Part shown: piece after piece, positions 1 through 15,137 of the stretch
Position numbering within the stretch: position 1 is the first letter of the stretch
Layout of the letters: every line of letters begins with the position of its first letter
Assembly: GCF_902652985.1 (NCBI RefSeq)
Contig: NC_047015.1
Location: 41,416,001 to 41,480,000 of the forward strand
Length of the DNA stretch: 64,000 nucleotides
Direction of reading: 5' to 3'
Origin: Pecten maximus
Lineage: Eukaryota
The notes under the pieces: generated by a model
Told to the model about the DNA's origin: nothing
What the model saw: the letters and a program-made list of their open reading frames with translations, nothing else
The model's database searches: none
Translations under genes and position numbers: made by a program

Positions 1-2115
1 CAGATATAGGTTGTCTGTATATTCCCAAACCAAGTATACAGTCTTACACCCGAGTCCAGCTATAGGTTGTCTGTATATTCCCAAACCAGGTATACAGTCT
101 TACACCCGAGTCCAGTTATAGGTTGTCTGTATATTCCCAAACCAAGTATACAGTCCAACACCCGAGTCCAGATATAGGTTGTCTGTATATTCCCAAACCA
201 AGTATACAGTCTAACACCCGAGTCCAGTTACAGGTTGTCTGTATATTCCCAAACCAAGTCTACAGTCTTACACCCGAGTCCAGTTATAGGTTGTCTGTAT
301 ATTCCCAAACCAAGTATACAGTCCAACACCCGAGTCCAGCTATAGGTTGTCTGTATATTCCCAAACCAAGTATACAGTCTAACACCCGAGTCCAGATATA
401 GGTTGTCTGTATATTCCCAAACCAAGTATACAGTCTTACACCCGAGTCCAGCTATAGGTTGTCTGTATATTCCCAAACCAAGTATACAGTCCAACACCCG
501 AGTCCAGTTATAGGTTGTCTGTATATTCCCAAACCAAGTATACAGTCCAACACCCGAGTCCAGATATAGGTTGTCTGTATATTCCCAAACCAAGTATACA
601 GTCTTACACCCGAGTCCAGCTATAGGTTGTCTGTATATTCCCAAACCAAGTATACAGTCTTACACCCGAGTCCAGCTATAGGTTGTCATTCCCAAACCAA
701 GTATACAGTATTACACCCGAGTCCAGCTATAGGTTGTCTGTATATTCCCAAACCAAGTATACAGTCTTACACCCGAGTCCAGCTATAGGTGGTCTGTATA
801 TTCCCAAACCAAGTATACAGTCTAACACCCGAGTCCAGTTACAGGTTGTCTGTATATTCCCAAACCAAGTATACAGTCTTACACCCGAGTCCAGCTATAG
901 GTTGTCTGTATATTCCCAAACCAAGTATACAGTCCAACACCCAAGTCCAGCTATAGGGTGTCTGTATATTCCCAAACCAAGTATACAGTCCAACACCCGA
1001 GTCCAGTTATAGGTTGTCTGTATATTCCCAAACCAAGTATACAGTCCAACACCTGAGTCCAGCTATAGGTTGTCTGTATATTCCCAAACCAAGTATACAG
1101 TCTTACACCCGAGTCCAGTTACAGGTTGTCTGTATATTCCCAAACCAAGTATACAGTCCAACACCCGAGTCCAGTTATAAAACCAAGTATACAGTCTTAC
1201 ACCCGAGTCCAGTTACAGGTTGTCTGTATATTCCCAAACCAAGTATACAGTCCAACACCCGAGTCCAGTTATAAAACCAAGTATACAGTCTAACACCCGA
1301 GTCCAGCTATAGGTTGTCTGTATATTCCCAAACCAAGTATACAGTCTTACACCCGAGTCCAGTTACAGGTTGTCTGTATATTCCCAAACCAAGTATACAG
1401 TCCAACACCCGAGTCCAGTTATAAAACCAAGTATACAGTCTAACACCCGAGTCCAGATATAGGTTGTCTGTATATATTCCCAAACCAAGTATACAGTCCA
1501 ACACCCGAGTCCAGCTATAGGTTGTCTGTATATTCCCAAACCAAGTATACAGTCCAACACCCAAGTCCAGATATAGGTTGTCTGTATATTCCCAAACCAA
1601 GTATACAGTCTTACACCCGAGTCCAGTTACAGGTTGTCTGTATATTCCCAAACCAAGTATACAGTCCAACACCCGAGTCCAGCTATAGGGTGTCTGTATA
1701 TTCCCAAACCAAGTATACAGTCTTACACCCGAGTCCAGATATAGGTTGTCTGTATATACCCAAACCAAGTATACAGTCCAACACCAAAGTCCAGATATAG
1801 GTTGTCTGTATATTCCCAAACCAAGTATACAGTCCAACACCCGAGTCCAGTTATAAAACCAAGTATACAGTCTTACACCCGAGTCCAGTTATAGGTTTCC
1901 TGTATATTCCCAAACCAAGTATACAGTCTTACACCCAAGTCCAGTTACAGGTTGTCGGTATATTCCCAAACCAAGTATACAGTCCAACACCCGAGTCCAG
2001 TTACAGGTTGTCGGTATATTCCCAAACCAAGTATACAGTCCAACACCCGAGTCCAGTTATAGGTTGTCTGTATAACCCGAGTCCATGCAGCTATAGGTTG
2101 TCTAACACCTGAGTA
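1..2115. repeat. 56-bp minisatellite (about 37 copies, runs off the left edge)
   Basis: Unit CAGCTATAGGTTGTCTGTATATTCCCAAACCAAGTATACAGTCTTACACCCGAGTC recurs every 56 bp (positions 1, 57, 113...); a few shortened units. Confidence 0.97.
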
Positions 2116-2649
2116 GCTTCAGTAAAACAAGTTATTTTGGTTGGTACCCTCAAGACCAATGGCACCATATACATAGACATACATTCCTGATGAAGGTCAC
2201 TGATTTTTTGATGCATGTACATACCAATATACATGCAACAAATCCATTTTCTGCTTTATTACACTTTCATGGAGTTTCAAAGGCCATTATGGGAACTTGA
2301 GCATAAAAGCTACTTAGTGAAAAGAAAGTGCTGTCTGTAAGTAACATATAGCTACTGACCAACTTCTCAAGTCAGTTATTGGTTGCTTCAAATAGTAGGT
2401 GTCCAGAAGAGAAGACCACAATGTTTGAAGTCTTTGCCAAGTAAAATTCTGATTGGCTCATTCAAACATTTTCACTTCAAACACTCCTGTTTCTGATCGA
2501 GCAATTAATTGACATTGGCTTCAAGTGCGTGAAAGCTTGTCTAGGGCAGGCTGTACATCAGAAAAAAATATGTGTGTCACTGCAGAAGTACACATTATAA
2601 CCACAGCTTTAACTGGTAATGAAAGGGATGACAGTCATCTGGCACAGTT

Positions 2650-3190
2650 ACTAATTACATGAATGTAATTATAACTATGTTTAGCACATATAATTACATC
2701 AATGTTTGGTACATGTAATTACATCAATGTTTGGCACATGTAATTACATCAATGTTTGGTACATGTAATTACATCAATGTTTAGCACATGTAATTGCATC
2801 AATGTTTGGTACATGTAATTACATCAATGTTTGGTATCTGTAATTACATCAATGTTTGGTACATGTAATTACATCAATGTTATGTAATTACATCAATGCT
2901 TGGTACATGTAATTACATCAATGTTATGTAATTACATCAATGCTTGGTGCAATCTATATCAATGTTGGTTAGTAATTACATCAATGCTTTCATAACTGGT
3001 TGGTACTTACAACATTTTTTTACCAATGGTTGTAAATTATATCAATGTTTGTCTTTAGTATTGGTTTGTAAATTATATCAATGTTTGTCTTTTGTATTGG
3101 TTTGTAATTACATCATTGTCTTCAGTATTTGTTCCTAATTTACTACATTAATGCTTGTCTTCAGTATAATGTTGTAATTACAACGTTTGT
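2650..3190. repeat. 25-bp minisatellite, degenerate at both ends
   Basis: Unit CATGTAATTACATCAATGTTTGGTA (e.g. 2712, 2737). Confidence 0.9.
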
Positions 3191-3499
3191 CAATTGTTGG
3201 TAATGACAAGCCATTAAAGCTTTTTATCTATAAAATATACCATAAAACATTTAATTTCAATTGGATTCTAAGCAGAATTACCCAACTGCACTTGTAAGGT
3301 AATAATAATTCTACCCACACGCTATTAACTATTCTAATTCAGGAGTTTATTGGAACTTCACTTTGTAGTGATGGTGATGCTGTTCCTGCCTATACAGACT
3401 CCAATAAATTTGACTGTAACAATTGTTCTCATCAATTGCAATGGGCATTAAAGGTACACTAGTTCACTTGAAGTAAAGTACATATCCACCATTTTAAAA

Positions 3500-5263
3500 C
3501 TTAGCCAGGATACGTTAGGGATTACATCAAAGTAAGCCAGGACACATCACAGATTACATCAAAGTTAGCCAGCCCAGGACACATCACAGATTACATCAAA
3601 GTTAGCCAGGGCACATCACAGATTACATTAAAGTTAGTCAGGACACATTACAGATTACATCAAAGTTAGCCAGGGCAGATCACAGATTACATCAAAGTTA
3701 GCCAGGACACATTACAGATTACATCAAAGTTAGCCAGGACACATCACAGATTACATCGAAGTTAGCCAGGACACATCACAGATTACATCAAAGTTAGCCA
3801 GGATACATCACAGATTACATCAAAGTTAGCCAGGACACATCACAGATTACATCAAAGTTAGCCAGGACACATCACAGATTACATCAAAGTAAGCCAGGAC
3901 ACATCACTGATTCCATCAAAGTTAGCCAGGACACATCACAGATTACATTAAAGTAAGCCAGGACACATCACAGATTACATCAAAGTTAGCCAGGACACAT
4001 CACAGATTACATCAAAGTTAGCCAGGACACATCACAGATTACATCAAAGTTAGCCAGGACACATCACAGATTACATCAAAGTTAGCCAGGACACATAACA
4101 GATTACATCAAAGTTAGCCATGATATGTCAGGGATTACATCAAAGTAAGCCAGGACACAACACAGATTACATCAAAGTTAGCCATGATATGTCAGGGATT
4201 ACATCAAAGTTAGCCAGGACACATCACAGATTGCATCAAATTTAGCCAGGATATGTCAGGGATTACATCAAAGTTAGCCAGGACACATCACAGATTACAT
4301 TAAAGTTAGCTAGGACACATCACAGATTACATCAAAGTTAGCCAGGGCACATCACAGATTACATCAAAGTTAGCCAGGACACATCACAGATTACATCAAA
4401 GTTAGCCAGGATATGTCAGGGATTACATCAAAGTTAGCCAGGACACATCACAGATTACATCAAAGTTAGCCAGGACACATCACAGATTACATTAAAGTTA
4501 GCTAGGACACATCACAGATTACATCAAAGTTAGCCAGGGCACATCACAGATTACATCAAAGTTAGCCAGGACACATCACAGATTACATCAAAGTTAGCCA
4601 GGATATGTCAGGGATTACATCAAAGTTAGCCAGGACACATCACAGATTACATCAAAGTTAGCCAGGATACGTCAGGGATTACATCAAAGTAAGCCAGGAC
4701 ACATCACAGATTACATCAAAGTAAGCCAGGACACATCACAGATTACATCAAAGTTAGCCAGGAAACATCACAGATTACATTAAAGTTAGCCAGGACACAT
4801 CACAGATTACACCAAAGTTAGCCAGGACACATCACAGATTACATCAAAGTTAGTCAGGACACATCACAGATTACATCAAAGTTAGCCAGGACACATCACA
4901 GATTACATCAAAGTTAGCCAGGACACATCACAGATTACATCAAAGTTAGCCAGGACACATCACAGATTACATCAAAGTTAGCCAGGATATGTCAGGGATT
5001 ACATCAAAGTTAGCCAGGATGCATCACAGGTTACATCAAAGTTAGCCAGGACACATCACAGATTACATCAAAGTTAGCCAGGATATGTCAGGGATTACAT
5101 CAAAGTTAGCCAGGATGCATCACAGATTACATTAAAGTTAGCCAGGACACATCACAGATTACATCAAAGTTAGCCAGGACACATAACAGATTACATCAAA
5201 GTTAGCCAGGACACATCACAGATTACATCAAAGTTAACAAGAATACATCACAGATTACATCAA
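3500..5263. repeat. 32-bp minisatellite (about 55 copies)
   Basis: Unit GCCAGGACACATCACAGATTACATCAAAGTTA with a recurring variant GGATATGTCAGGGATT. Confidence 0.97.
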
Positions 5264-6727
5264 TCATGCTCACAAACAAATGCACTTCAACATATACCAT
5301 TCTGGCTACAACTATACTCAAATATATCTCTCAGATGTGAAAATCTACTTCTGAAATATTCCTGATAGTCTAAATATTTACCAATGAAAAATAGCTGAGA
5401 AATAGCTCTAGATGTACCAGAATCCTGTTATTATGATTCCCAACCTTGAAGTGTCAATGACACCATTTGTGTTACTAGGATAAACATTTACTGCCTTAAA
5501 TTGTCTCATTTCTGCTATCCCCTTCCTTCACGATCAGCATCCAGCATTCATTCAGACTTTAAAATGGTGTGAATACATTGATATGTAAGCAGGCAGAGCC
5601 ACCTGCAGGAACAGACCCCTGGTGTATATACACATGCAGTGTTTATTCAGGAGCTGTTGAAAGCGAGATGTAAACTAACAAGGAGAATGGGGTTCCATAT
5701 ATAAACAGGAGTATATCTTAATTACCCACTAGTGATGATACAAGTCTTGGTAATGCCTTGAGGGATATCACTGTTACATTGACACTCAACAACATCTACA
5801 TGTGATTGAACCGATAAAAACAATAATGTAGGACACCCACTCTCTGTCCAGAAAAACAAAACCCTACATCAACATTGTGTGTAGATCTAACAGCGAAATA
5901 TCTGTATAAACAATAGGGAGGATTCCTCTCCTTCATGTGGTGCCAAACTATGCTGGAGAAGGAAAAAACGTATAAAAGACAATATCAATTGTTTTACAGC
6001 ACCCACTAAGTTCATTAAGATAGGCTATGTTAGGATGACGTAGACTGATACTGGACCCAACATTCCACCAGTGGTTCAGTGCTTTCTACATTGGCTGTCA
6101 ACTTTACCATTGAATCTCTAATTGATTACCTCACAGGACAATAAACACATATTACCTGACTTAGGTAAATTCTTTGGATAAGTACTTTGTACTTGCACTT
6201 TCGCATGTAGTTTATATATACATACCTAGAATAACTACATCTATCAAGATATAATGAACAGAATGATTTGAATATTATTACTGACGTCGATTTATAGACT
6301 CACTTAAACAAAACTGCATTTTTACAATTATAGCATGTATGATTGTCAATTAAGAATTCAATTACCTAACAAATATCATATACTAATTAAATTAAGTAAC
6401 AGAAACCACATTTTTTTTCAAATCCTGCTTCTGGAAACTGTCGTCATGTTTGCATCAACTTATTTAATGATAAAAAACCAATATTATATATAGTTCAATT
6501 TTCCTCAATTCTCATTGGCTAAAACATGATCATGTAGAGGTTAGCATTTTGAGGTATCAACATGATATTTCTAATTTTAGAAAAACATAGTCAATATTGT
6601 GTTTATGACATCATAATCACATTAACCCTACATTTTTATGCCCCAATGTAAATTTCCTGTTATTAAGATGGTAACTATAAGGCAATTCTACCCTTTTGTA
6701 AACAAGTTTCATTTCAAAGATAAACTA

Positions 6728-7210
6728 AACAAGAAATATCTTTAAAAAATATAAACAGCATAGTTTTAATGCTGGTGGTTATAATGTAAAACTGCTGGTG
6801 AAATAAATTAACGAAGTAATACTATGTTTCAGCACGGATAACAAAATTATATCAGTTTGAATCATTTTTGGTGATAATAAGACTGCATTTGAATCAGGAA
6901 TATGATTTTATTAATGTGTCATTTGAATAGATACATCCACTTATTCATCTTGCATTCAATCTTAATTTTGTTTCGTCTTTAACTGCATGTCTGCATTTTG
7001 CATTTACTGCTACATTGACCAATCACATACTTCATCTTGACCAGTAACGCCACCTGTCGCGTCATTTCCGGGGCCAAAAGAATATTAAACGGCTATGCCG
7101 AAAAATGTCTGTAAGACACAAATACCCCTGTGTCAATTGACACCCCAAACTGGACGAGAAGGACATGGGTAACATTATCTGCCCCCCATTTCCAGGCGGA
7201 GGCATAAAAA
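6728..7210 (-). mobile_element. Short Helentron-associated non-autonomous element (HINE/DINE-like), degenerate
   Basis: Minus strand begins TTTTTATGCCTCCGCC...GGGGGGCAGATAATGTTACCCATGTCC and ends with an imperfect hairpin plus CTTGTT; same architecture as the element at 41816. Confidence 0.55.
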
Positions 7211-8173
7211 TAAAGAACTTTGATTTGGTCAATAAGGTGTTATACGGACCTGGTAGAATCACATTATTGTCCGAGAGTGCACCAAAGGTTAATTAATTGA
7301 ATAATATTCAAATGTATAGTGACTTGACTGACTTCACTGTAAAACTTACCTCTGTTTTAGGTTCATCATGCAAATATAATGAGCCGTAAAGTCCTTTATT
7401 TGAAAAGAGATAATTTAAAACAGCTCTTCTTTTTATAGTCTGGACAGATAATCATATCTCATGATAAGACTGGTAAATGTTTACTAGAGGATTTCCTGTT
7501 TGACATTTATAAACATTTGACATTTCAAACAAAAGTTTAAGATTTTTTGTCTCATTGCCAAAGCAGTAAATTATTTCACTTTATCCATCCTTAAAAACGA
7601 TAACTTCAATCTATTTTCTGTATGTCCTGATACCATCTAGAATATGACAACTTCAATTTTTTTTTCAATTACAATGACATCACAAGAACAACTTTTTTGA
7701 AGCCTTGCTATCTAAATTCTTTATTTGGAGAAATATCACAAAAGAGTGGGCATTAATAACATGTCAACAGAGAAATCTCCAATCTCTGAATGGTTTGGAA
7801 TCACTTGCTAAATTCAGATCTGTTGATATAACGTAGATACATATTCGGTTATAGTGTACGTCACACTATACTAGCTTAGAAACAGGAGAATTTTGAAGTG
7901 CAAACAAAATCATATTTGAAAACTTGAACTTACTGAAATTATATAAATAAAGGTTAAGGAAGTGTTTTCTGCTACATTGATGATACCAACCATATAAATC
8001 TTATCTAATTCTATTAATGTCATATCCTCAAAGTGAGAATCAGGGTAATGATACCAAACAATACAGCACAACAATTATTATGAGCATCATTTGACCTTCT
8101 CATTTAAGAAGATGATAGAGTAATTCGAAAGAGATCACAAAGGTTACTATATAACTTGTCTCTCAAAACTATA

Positions 8174-9367
8174 CAGTGGAACTTCGTTAACTCGAAGTCG
8201 ACGGGACCACGAAAAAACTTCGAGTTATCCGAGTGTTCGAATTAAGCGAGTTATCGTTTTTGGTGAAAAGTTTGGTCAATATTTGTCAACATTATATAAT
8301 CATTATAACTTCGCTCTGTCGCTCATCAGTTTAGTGTGAAGACTGGTCAATACATGTAAATATATATGTAATGTTTCGTTATGTCACTTGTAATTTGGTG
8401 TAGTTTTGCCGATATAAAGTCACGATAAAGTGTCTTTCACTTAGTCACTTCAATAACGATCTGATGTGCAAGTCATGTTTGCAAAAGGTAAACGATAAAA
8501 CGGAATTCGACAAAATAACAAGTTATTAATGTCAAAACAAATAACCGTTTAAGTTTAACACAGATTGCATACAAAACGTAACAGAACCATTACCTTTTAT
8601 TGGACATATATAAAATACTGTTTGATCGGCCTACTTACTTTTTATTGATAACCTCGCCATTTCCATGTGTATTAGCACCGGAAGTTGGGCTGCGCATGTG
8701 CGTATAAAATGTTACTGTAACTGAGTTGGCGTTTTATCCGATTTAATAGACAGCACTGACCGTTACAGTTGTACTCTGAACACCTCAGCAGTAATTACGC
8801 TATTGTTTCAGCAGTTTAAAGATTTAATAGGCGCCGGTGACTGTGTCATTTCTACACCTGTAAAAACATCAGCCGGGTAGATCTACCGGTGTGTCAGAGA
8901 TTAGTTCCGCTTGAGCGAACGGGTAGATGAGTTGTTGACTATCGTGTGTACTGATATCTGCGACCGCCTTGGGAAATTACCTGATGTAAGTAAAGCAGTA
9001 CTTTTTATCACCAAGACTTGTTGTTATAAGATTCAACCGACAATTTCTTTTTTTGAATTTATGAAACACTTATAATAGCATGTAGGTTAGTAGTGCCGAT
9101 ATGTTCAGTATTACAAACGGAATTTAGCTCTTAAAAAATGTCGGCGTTTGCCACCGACCGACGAAAATTATACTTCGAGTTATTCGAACATTTCAAGTAG
9201 GATTTTTATTGTTGGGACCAAATTTTTACTTCGTATTATCCGAGTTTTTCGAGTTATCCGAGTTTTTTTTACTAAGATAAAGAGAGAATTCGGCCGGGAC
9301 CGGCGAGGTACTTCGAGTTAAGCGGGGTATTCGAGTTATCCGAGTTCGAGTTAACGAAGTTCCACTG
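8174..9367. mobile_element. Non-autonomous Tc1/mariner (pogo/Tigger-like) DNA transposon, 1194 bp
   Basis: Perfect 23-bp TIRs CAGTGGAACTTCGTTAACTCGAA, TA on both flanks (TSD), subterminal TTCGAGTTATCCGAG repeats, no transposase ORF. Confidence 0.9.
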
Positions 9368-10544
9368 TATATGTAAAGTCTTATAAACAGTGTATTTTAT
9401 ACTCTATGTAGAGTAAGGACTTAAATAACCACCAAGAAAAGAAAAGTTCCCCATTTGGAAAATCAAGTCTTGTAAGTTAGTGTAGTGGTAAGGTATATTT
9501 TGGTATATTATATTTCATTGGATCCTATTTAACAAATCAAACAGAAATTAAAAGTATAAAGACAGCATAAAGTCAAAGTGCCACTCATACTGGTGTGGTG
9601 GACAAGGTATGAAAATAAAGGAAAAAAGCAAGTTTTCAATACATATAAAATGGCAGAAAATAAGAAGAGAGTTTTGGGTTTTTTTTTCAAGTAATTGTAC
9701 ATCCCATGTCAATGAGGAATTTTATTGAATCATATTACTAAATCACTAACAAATACTATGAAGAAGGATATAGTGTGCTGTTCGGTTTTTTTTTGGTAGA
9801 AATTATTCGGTCCAATCCTGAACTCATTTGGATTTATTTTAGAAATAAACACCAGTTGATTCCCCCCCAAGAGGTCCCAATGAATTTGTCCTTGTCAAAG
9901 TCAGCGAGGATAGCAATAGGTGACTGTTTCACAGCACTTGAATACTGAACATCATATTATAGCCTGGAACACTACCACTAGTCTAACTCTGAGTAGCCCT
10001 GGTACAACAAAGTTACAAGCTGTCATGGGGTTTCTACGCACTGGTAAAAGCTGGGGGTTTTTGGTATAATTACTATCATAGATCCCTTCAGTGTACATAT
10101 GTACTCTAGATCTCCAGACTGATGAAGAGATGTATTAATTACCATCATAATAAACCTCCCTCTCTTGGTAATTACCAGTTGATAATTACCTGTATCCAAA
10201 CAGTGGCCAGAGTTGTAAGTGGCCTGTTGGGAAAGCAGTTCATCAATACAGACAAAGTCTCTCAATAAACAACCTGTTTAATGAGAATAAATACTGCATT
10301 ACCAATAAGTGTAACACTTAGATCAAAGCAGGATTTAGGTCAGTGGGTTAGTAATTATACACTGTAAAGATGCAGGTAACTGCAGCTGTAATATATTACA
10401 GGTAAGGAGATAAACTGTTTTTATAGGAGAAACTAGACAGCTTATACTCTACGTATTTTAAAGGAGATATCACGTACTGTTTATACTCCACATATTTTTA
10501 AGGAGATCATAGACTGTTTATACTCTAGATATTTTAAAGAAGAT

Positions 10545-13500
10545 CACTTATGAATTTGCAGCATGATCACAGCATAGATGCAGTATGAATGCAGCATGGA
10601 ATTGCAGCATGAATGAAGCATGACTGCAGCATGGTGCCTAATTTACCTCACTATATATTCTTACTAGTTAAAGCATGATTGCAGCATGTTTCAATTATGC
10701 AAATTATGCTGGGATCATGCTGCATTTATGCTTTAAGGAAGCATGGCCGCAGCATGATCCCAGCATGGTCTGTGAAGCATGATCCCAGCATGGTCTGCAG
10801 CATGATCCCAGCATGGTCTGCAGCATGATGCCAGCATGGTTTGCAGCATGATGCCAGCATGGTCTGCAGCATGATCCCAGCATGGTCTGCAGCATGATCC
10901 CAGCATGTTTCAATTATGCAAATTATGCTGGGATCATGCTTCAATCATGCTTCATGGCAGCATGGTTTACAAAATCAATGAAAATCATGCAATAAAAACT
11001 TGAAGAATACTTTTGTATTACATTTTATTTGGTAATTAACATGGTATAAAACTTTTCATACAGGCTGTTTTTTCTAGTTCAAACATTTAAAACTTATCAA
11101 TGAAATGAGAATGTGACAAAATAAATTTTAATTCTAATTTACCCATGGTACTTATTTTATTTGCCTCTTATATTCTTTTTCTCAAAACTTCCATCACATA
11201 CACAACACAGCTATCTTTTTCTAGTACAATTTTCAAATACAACTAATATCAATTCATCCTAGCTAGAAGTGGTTTGTTTCAACAAAAATAGTCAACAAGA
11301 TATACAAGTTCAATGTCAGTACATACTACAGTATGTATTTATAATTCTGTGTTTTTTTTCTAAAATAGTAGGAAAATAGTACAAAATAATATTTTCCAGC
11401 AGAGTTATAGTAGGATATGTATACATTTTGTCACCGAAGCACAAGACTGATTTCAGACAGTATACGTAGTTTCCTCGAAGTAGCCCAGATGTACTGGAAA
11501 CTGTTTTCATGTGTGTCCGTAAACTTAAAATAAACAAAAACAAGCAACAGTCAATGACTTCTTCTATCGAATTTAACCCTATTTCTAATAAACTGTGAAA
11601 AGATTATCGTAATTTTGGAATCAATTCTAAATACTGACTAAATGAAATGTTGATTGACAATTTGAACAATGGTGTGTTGTTTGATGTAGCACGTACTGTA
11701 GTGATATATCTCTGTCACTGTCCCCGGGGATTTCAATACAACCAAGCTTGAGACGACTATATTATATTTTTTGCTAGTACAACAAATAACTAACAAGGAT
11801 TTTTAGATTATATACATAATTTTTTTGGGTATATATATTAATGTTTACACTTTTATTATGAAAGGAAATGTTGTATACCTCGACAGATAACATATCTCGA
11901 ATAATCTTAATTAATGTGAAACATAAACTTCTTCATTTCTCTTCATTCCTTTCTGCTTTGTGTTAAGTCAATGCCATCAATTTGGACCACAATTAATGCA
12001 TGCGGTGTTCCTCATTCCAGAATGTACTGCATGAAGACTCAGTCTCTGTTGGAAGAAAGAAAGACTTTTAGAATATTCTTTTATTTCAAAATTAGAATAA
12101 TTGTCAAGTTTTTGAAGATAATGTATGTATTTAACTTATGTACTTTTCATGATCACTTTGCTATCATTTTCATTATGTTTGCTTTGGAAGCCTTTTTATC
12201 AAGAAAATTTAAGCCAGCCACACAAAGCTACAAAATAAAACTTGCCAGGATGACTTAATTATTAATTAAATCAAGCTACTCCCGAATTCTCCATCAGTTC
12301 ATATCAATGTGAAACTGCAATATACTATACATAAAACAATGTTACTTACTTATAATTCATCTTAATTCACCTATTTCATTTAATCGTTTCAATTTGATGC
12401 AATAATCTGCAAACATCGATCCTCAAAAGAATGTGGAGGTAAAGATCTTTCACGAAAGGTTTCATTATCCAAAACACAATTTTTCCTCACCATTGTTTGT
12501 GAATACGTATGTACGTCATAATCATAACAAGGGTTGTGTGAGTGGGGGAAAGATGCAATTTAAGTCGGGCCGAAGATCGTTAATAATAAATAAATAAAAT
12601 TGAAAACTTACGATTGTAACACATGGATCGGTACTGCGTTTCCTTCGGCCGTGTAATCTGTGATAAATTAATCATCAAAACCCTGAAATAATAAATTATT
12701 AGGTATTATTGATATGAATAGATCTATATCAAATTCATCGTCGTATAATGTGAAACGATGTCAGAACGTGAAGAAGATTATATAATTAAAACTTACCCTG
12801 TCTCGTAACGATGTTTGTCGGTAAAAATATGCATCGGTCGTCAAAAACAACGAGAAAGCTGATATTCATTCGTCGGTAACTTGAAGTAAGTCGATCTTCT
12901 TCAGTAAGACTGGAAACAAACTTCGTTTTTAGGCTATCGTCGTGTTTGTTTATACTTTTCTTCTGGAAATAAACATCCGGTGAATTCAAACATGGCTATC
13001 AGACTTCCCGCTAAACTCGTGTGTGTTGCATCATGGGATAAATATTTTACTGCCAGAGATTAACACGATTCATTTTTACTTGTGCGTGTTTTTTATTCTA
13101 AATCATAAACTTCTATTGTGTCATACTTTTAAGATAAATATTACAGTATTTAATACTTGCATCGTGCACATTTAGATCGCACGAGCTCGAGGAGCACTCT
13201 CGTCACATCTCGGGAGCAAGGTAAACAAACGAGGTCATAGGTGAACCGAACGATAAACATGTAATCTGACCAGAGGTTTTGGCCTCGTCTGTCATACGCC
13301 TATTGTTTAATATGGATGTATTTTCAGACGAGGAACCGACCAATGCACGTTTTCTTTTTATGTTCACGATTTCAAATAATTCAGATTAAAGTACGGGAAT
13401 ATCGTCTGTTGTTAGTAAACTCATGTCGAGGTCGAGATCATCACAGCGCTTAACTTCAATATACGTTTTACAAGGAAGCGTCCGAGTGACAACATAAGTT

Positions 13501-15137
13501 CGACACATGTTTATTGGAGTTTATAGCGATGAATGTTGTGTCAAACACGACGTGATTTCGTATGCTATTATCAGATGTAATCTTAACACCGCATATATCC
13601 AGAAAGTATGCGATACAAAGACAAAGAGCAGGTGATTTTAATCTTATTTGATTGAATTAAAAGCGATATTCCAAGCACATGTGTAACTGTTGGTAGAGTG
13701 ATCCCGATTTTGTTTTGGCGAACATGTTACATGTGTGGCTACCTGGTAGTAAGCTGGTGCATGGTAAATGGCAACGTCTTGGTTTATGTCAGTGTTTGGA
13801 TAAAGTGACTGATTCTATCTCCGATAAAAAGTGTATAATCGAAGCAAAAGTCAATATACTGGTTCTTCAAAAAACGATCTAAACTCTGAAAATTTGAATG
13901 AAATTTTTATAGGGATGAGTTTTAAGTCGTCACACGAATGTACTAACTTGCAACATTCATCAATGTTTAAGTTAATTCCTTCTGAGATAGAACTACAAGT
14001 GAAAGCTGACAAAATATCACATTTAAAAGCTGTGAACCGTTATACTAACAAAGAACATACTTATAAACGAAATACTTAATTTTAATAATTGTTATTGAAT
14101 TTTAAATAAATATGTGTGGTACTGATCAAGTATAAAAAGGAAATGCTGCAACACAAACATGTTATTAAAAATTATTTTGTTATCACCATTGATACCTGGA
14201 AATTTTCTATATTTTATTTAAAATTAAAAAAAAAGATACTAAAATATCTAATACCAACTTTTGTTAATTTTCTGTATCTTATTTTATTAATTAATAATTG
14301 TTTAGGTTAATCTTGGTACCTGGGAAATTTGGTCCTAGATTTTGGATCCTCGCTTGGACCTACATTTCACCCACAGAAATTTTGTGATGTCCGAACAAAG
14401 GAATGCCCTTTTAAGCTAATGCAGAATGGCCAAGCATATACACATTTCAACTTAAACAATTCATGTTAATACATGAAAGAATGGTGCAGTTCATTAAATT
14501 AACTAAGTTAATACAGCATAATTGCAGCATGGTACAGTTTGTATCTAAAATGGCAAAGTTAATACAGCATGGTTGCAGCATGGTACAGATCCTATCTAAA
14601 ATGCCAAAGTTATTGCAGCATGGTTGCAGCATGATGCATTTCATATGATAAATTTACTAAGTCCACACAGCATGATTGCAGCATGATATAATTCGATATC
14701 CAAACTGGCAAAGTTATTGCAGCATGGTTGCAGCATGGTACATATCCTGTCTAAAATGACAAAGTTATTGCAGCATGGTTGCAGCATGATACAATTCATA
14801 TGATAAATTTACTAAGTCCACACAGCATGATTGCAGCATGATATGATTTGATATCCAAACTGGCAAAGTTATTGCAGCATGGTTGCAGCATGATACAGTG
14901 CATATGATAAATTAACTAAGTCGACAAAGCATGATTGCAGCATGATAGAGTTCAGATATTCAATTACCTCAATTTTTAAAGCATGGTTGCAGTACATGCT
15001 GTACAGAAGCATGGTACCATGCTGCTATGCAGCACATGCTGCAATCATGCTGTGAAACTAGCAGCATGATGCCAGCATAAAAGCAGCATGATTGCAGCAT
15101 ATGCTGCATTGCAGTCCATGCTGCAAATTGATAAGGG
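10545..15137. mobile_element. Non-autonomous CACTA/EnSpm (CMC)-like DNA transposon, 4.6 kb
   Basis: TIRs CACTTATGAATTTGCAGCATG / CATGCTGCAAATTGATAAGGG (19/21 match); 2-bp TSD AT (10543-44, 15138-39); dense GCAGCATG subterminal repeats at both ends; interrupts a degenerate ~37-bp host repeat that resumes after 15140. Confidence 0.8.

Noticed and set aside
123-1840. ORFs in the 56-bp array
   Set aside because: Translations merely cycle through the repeat frames; no domain or splice context.
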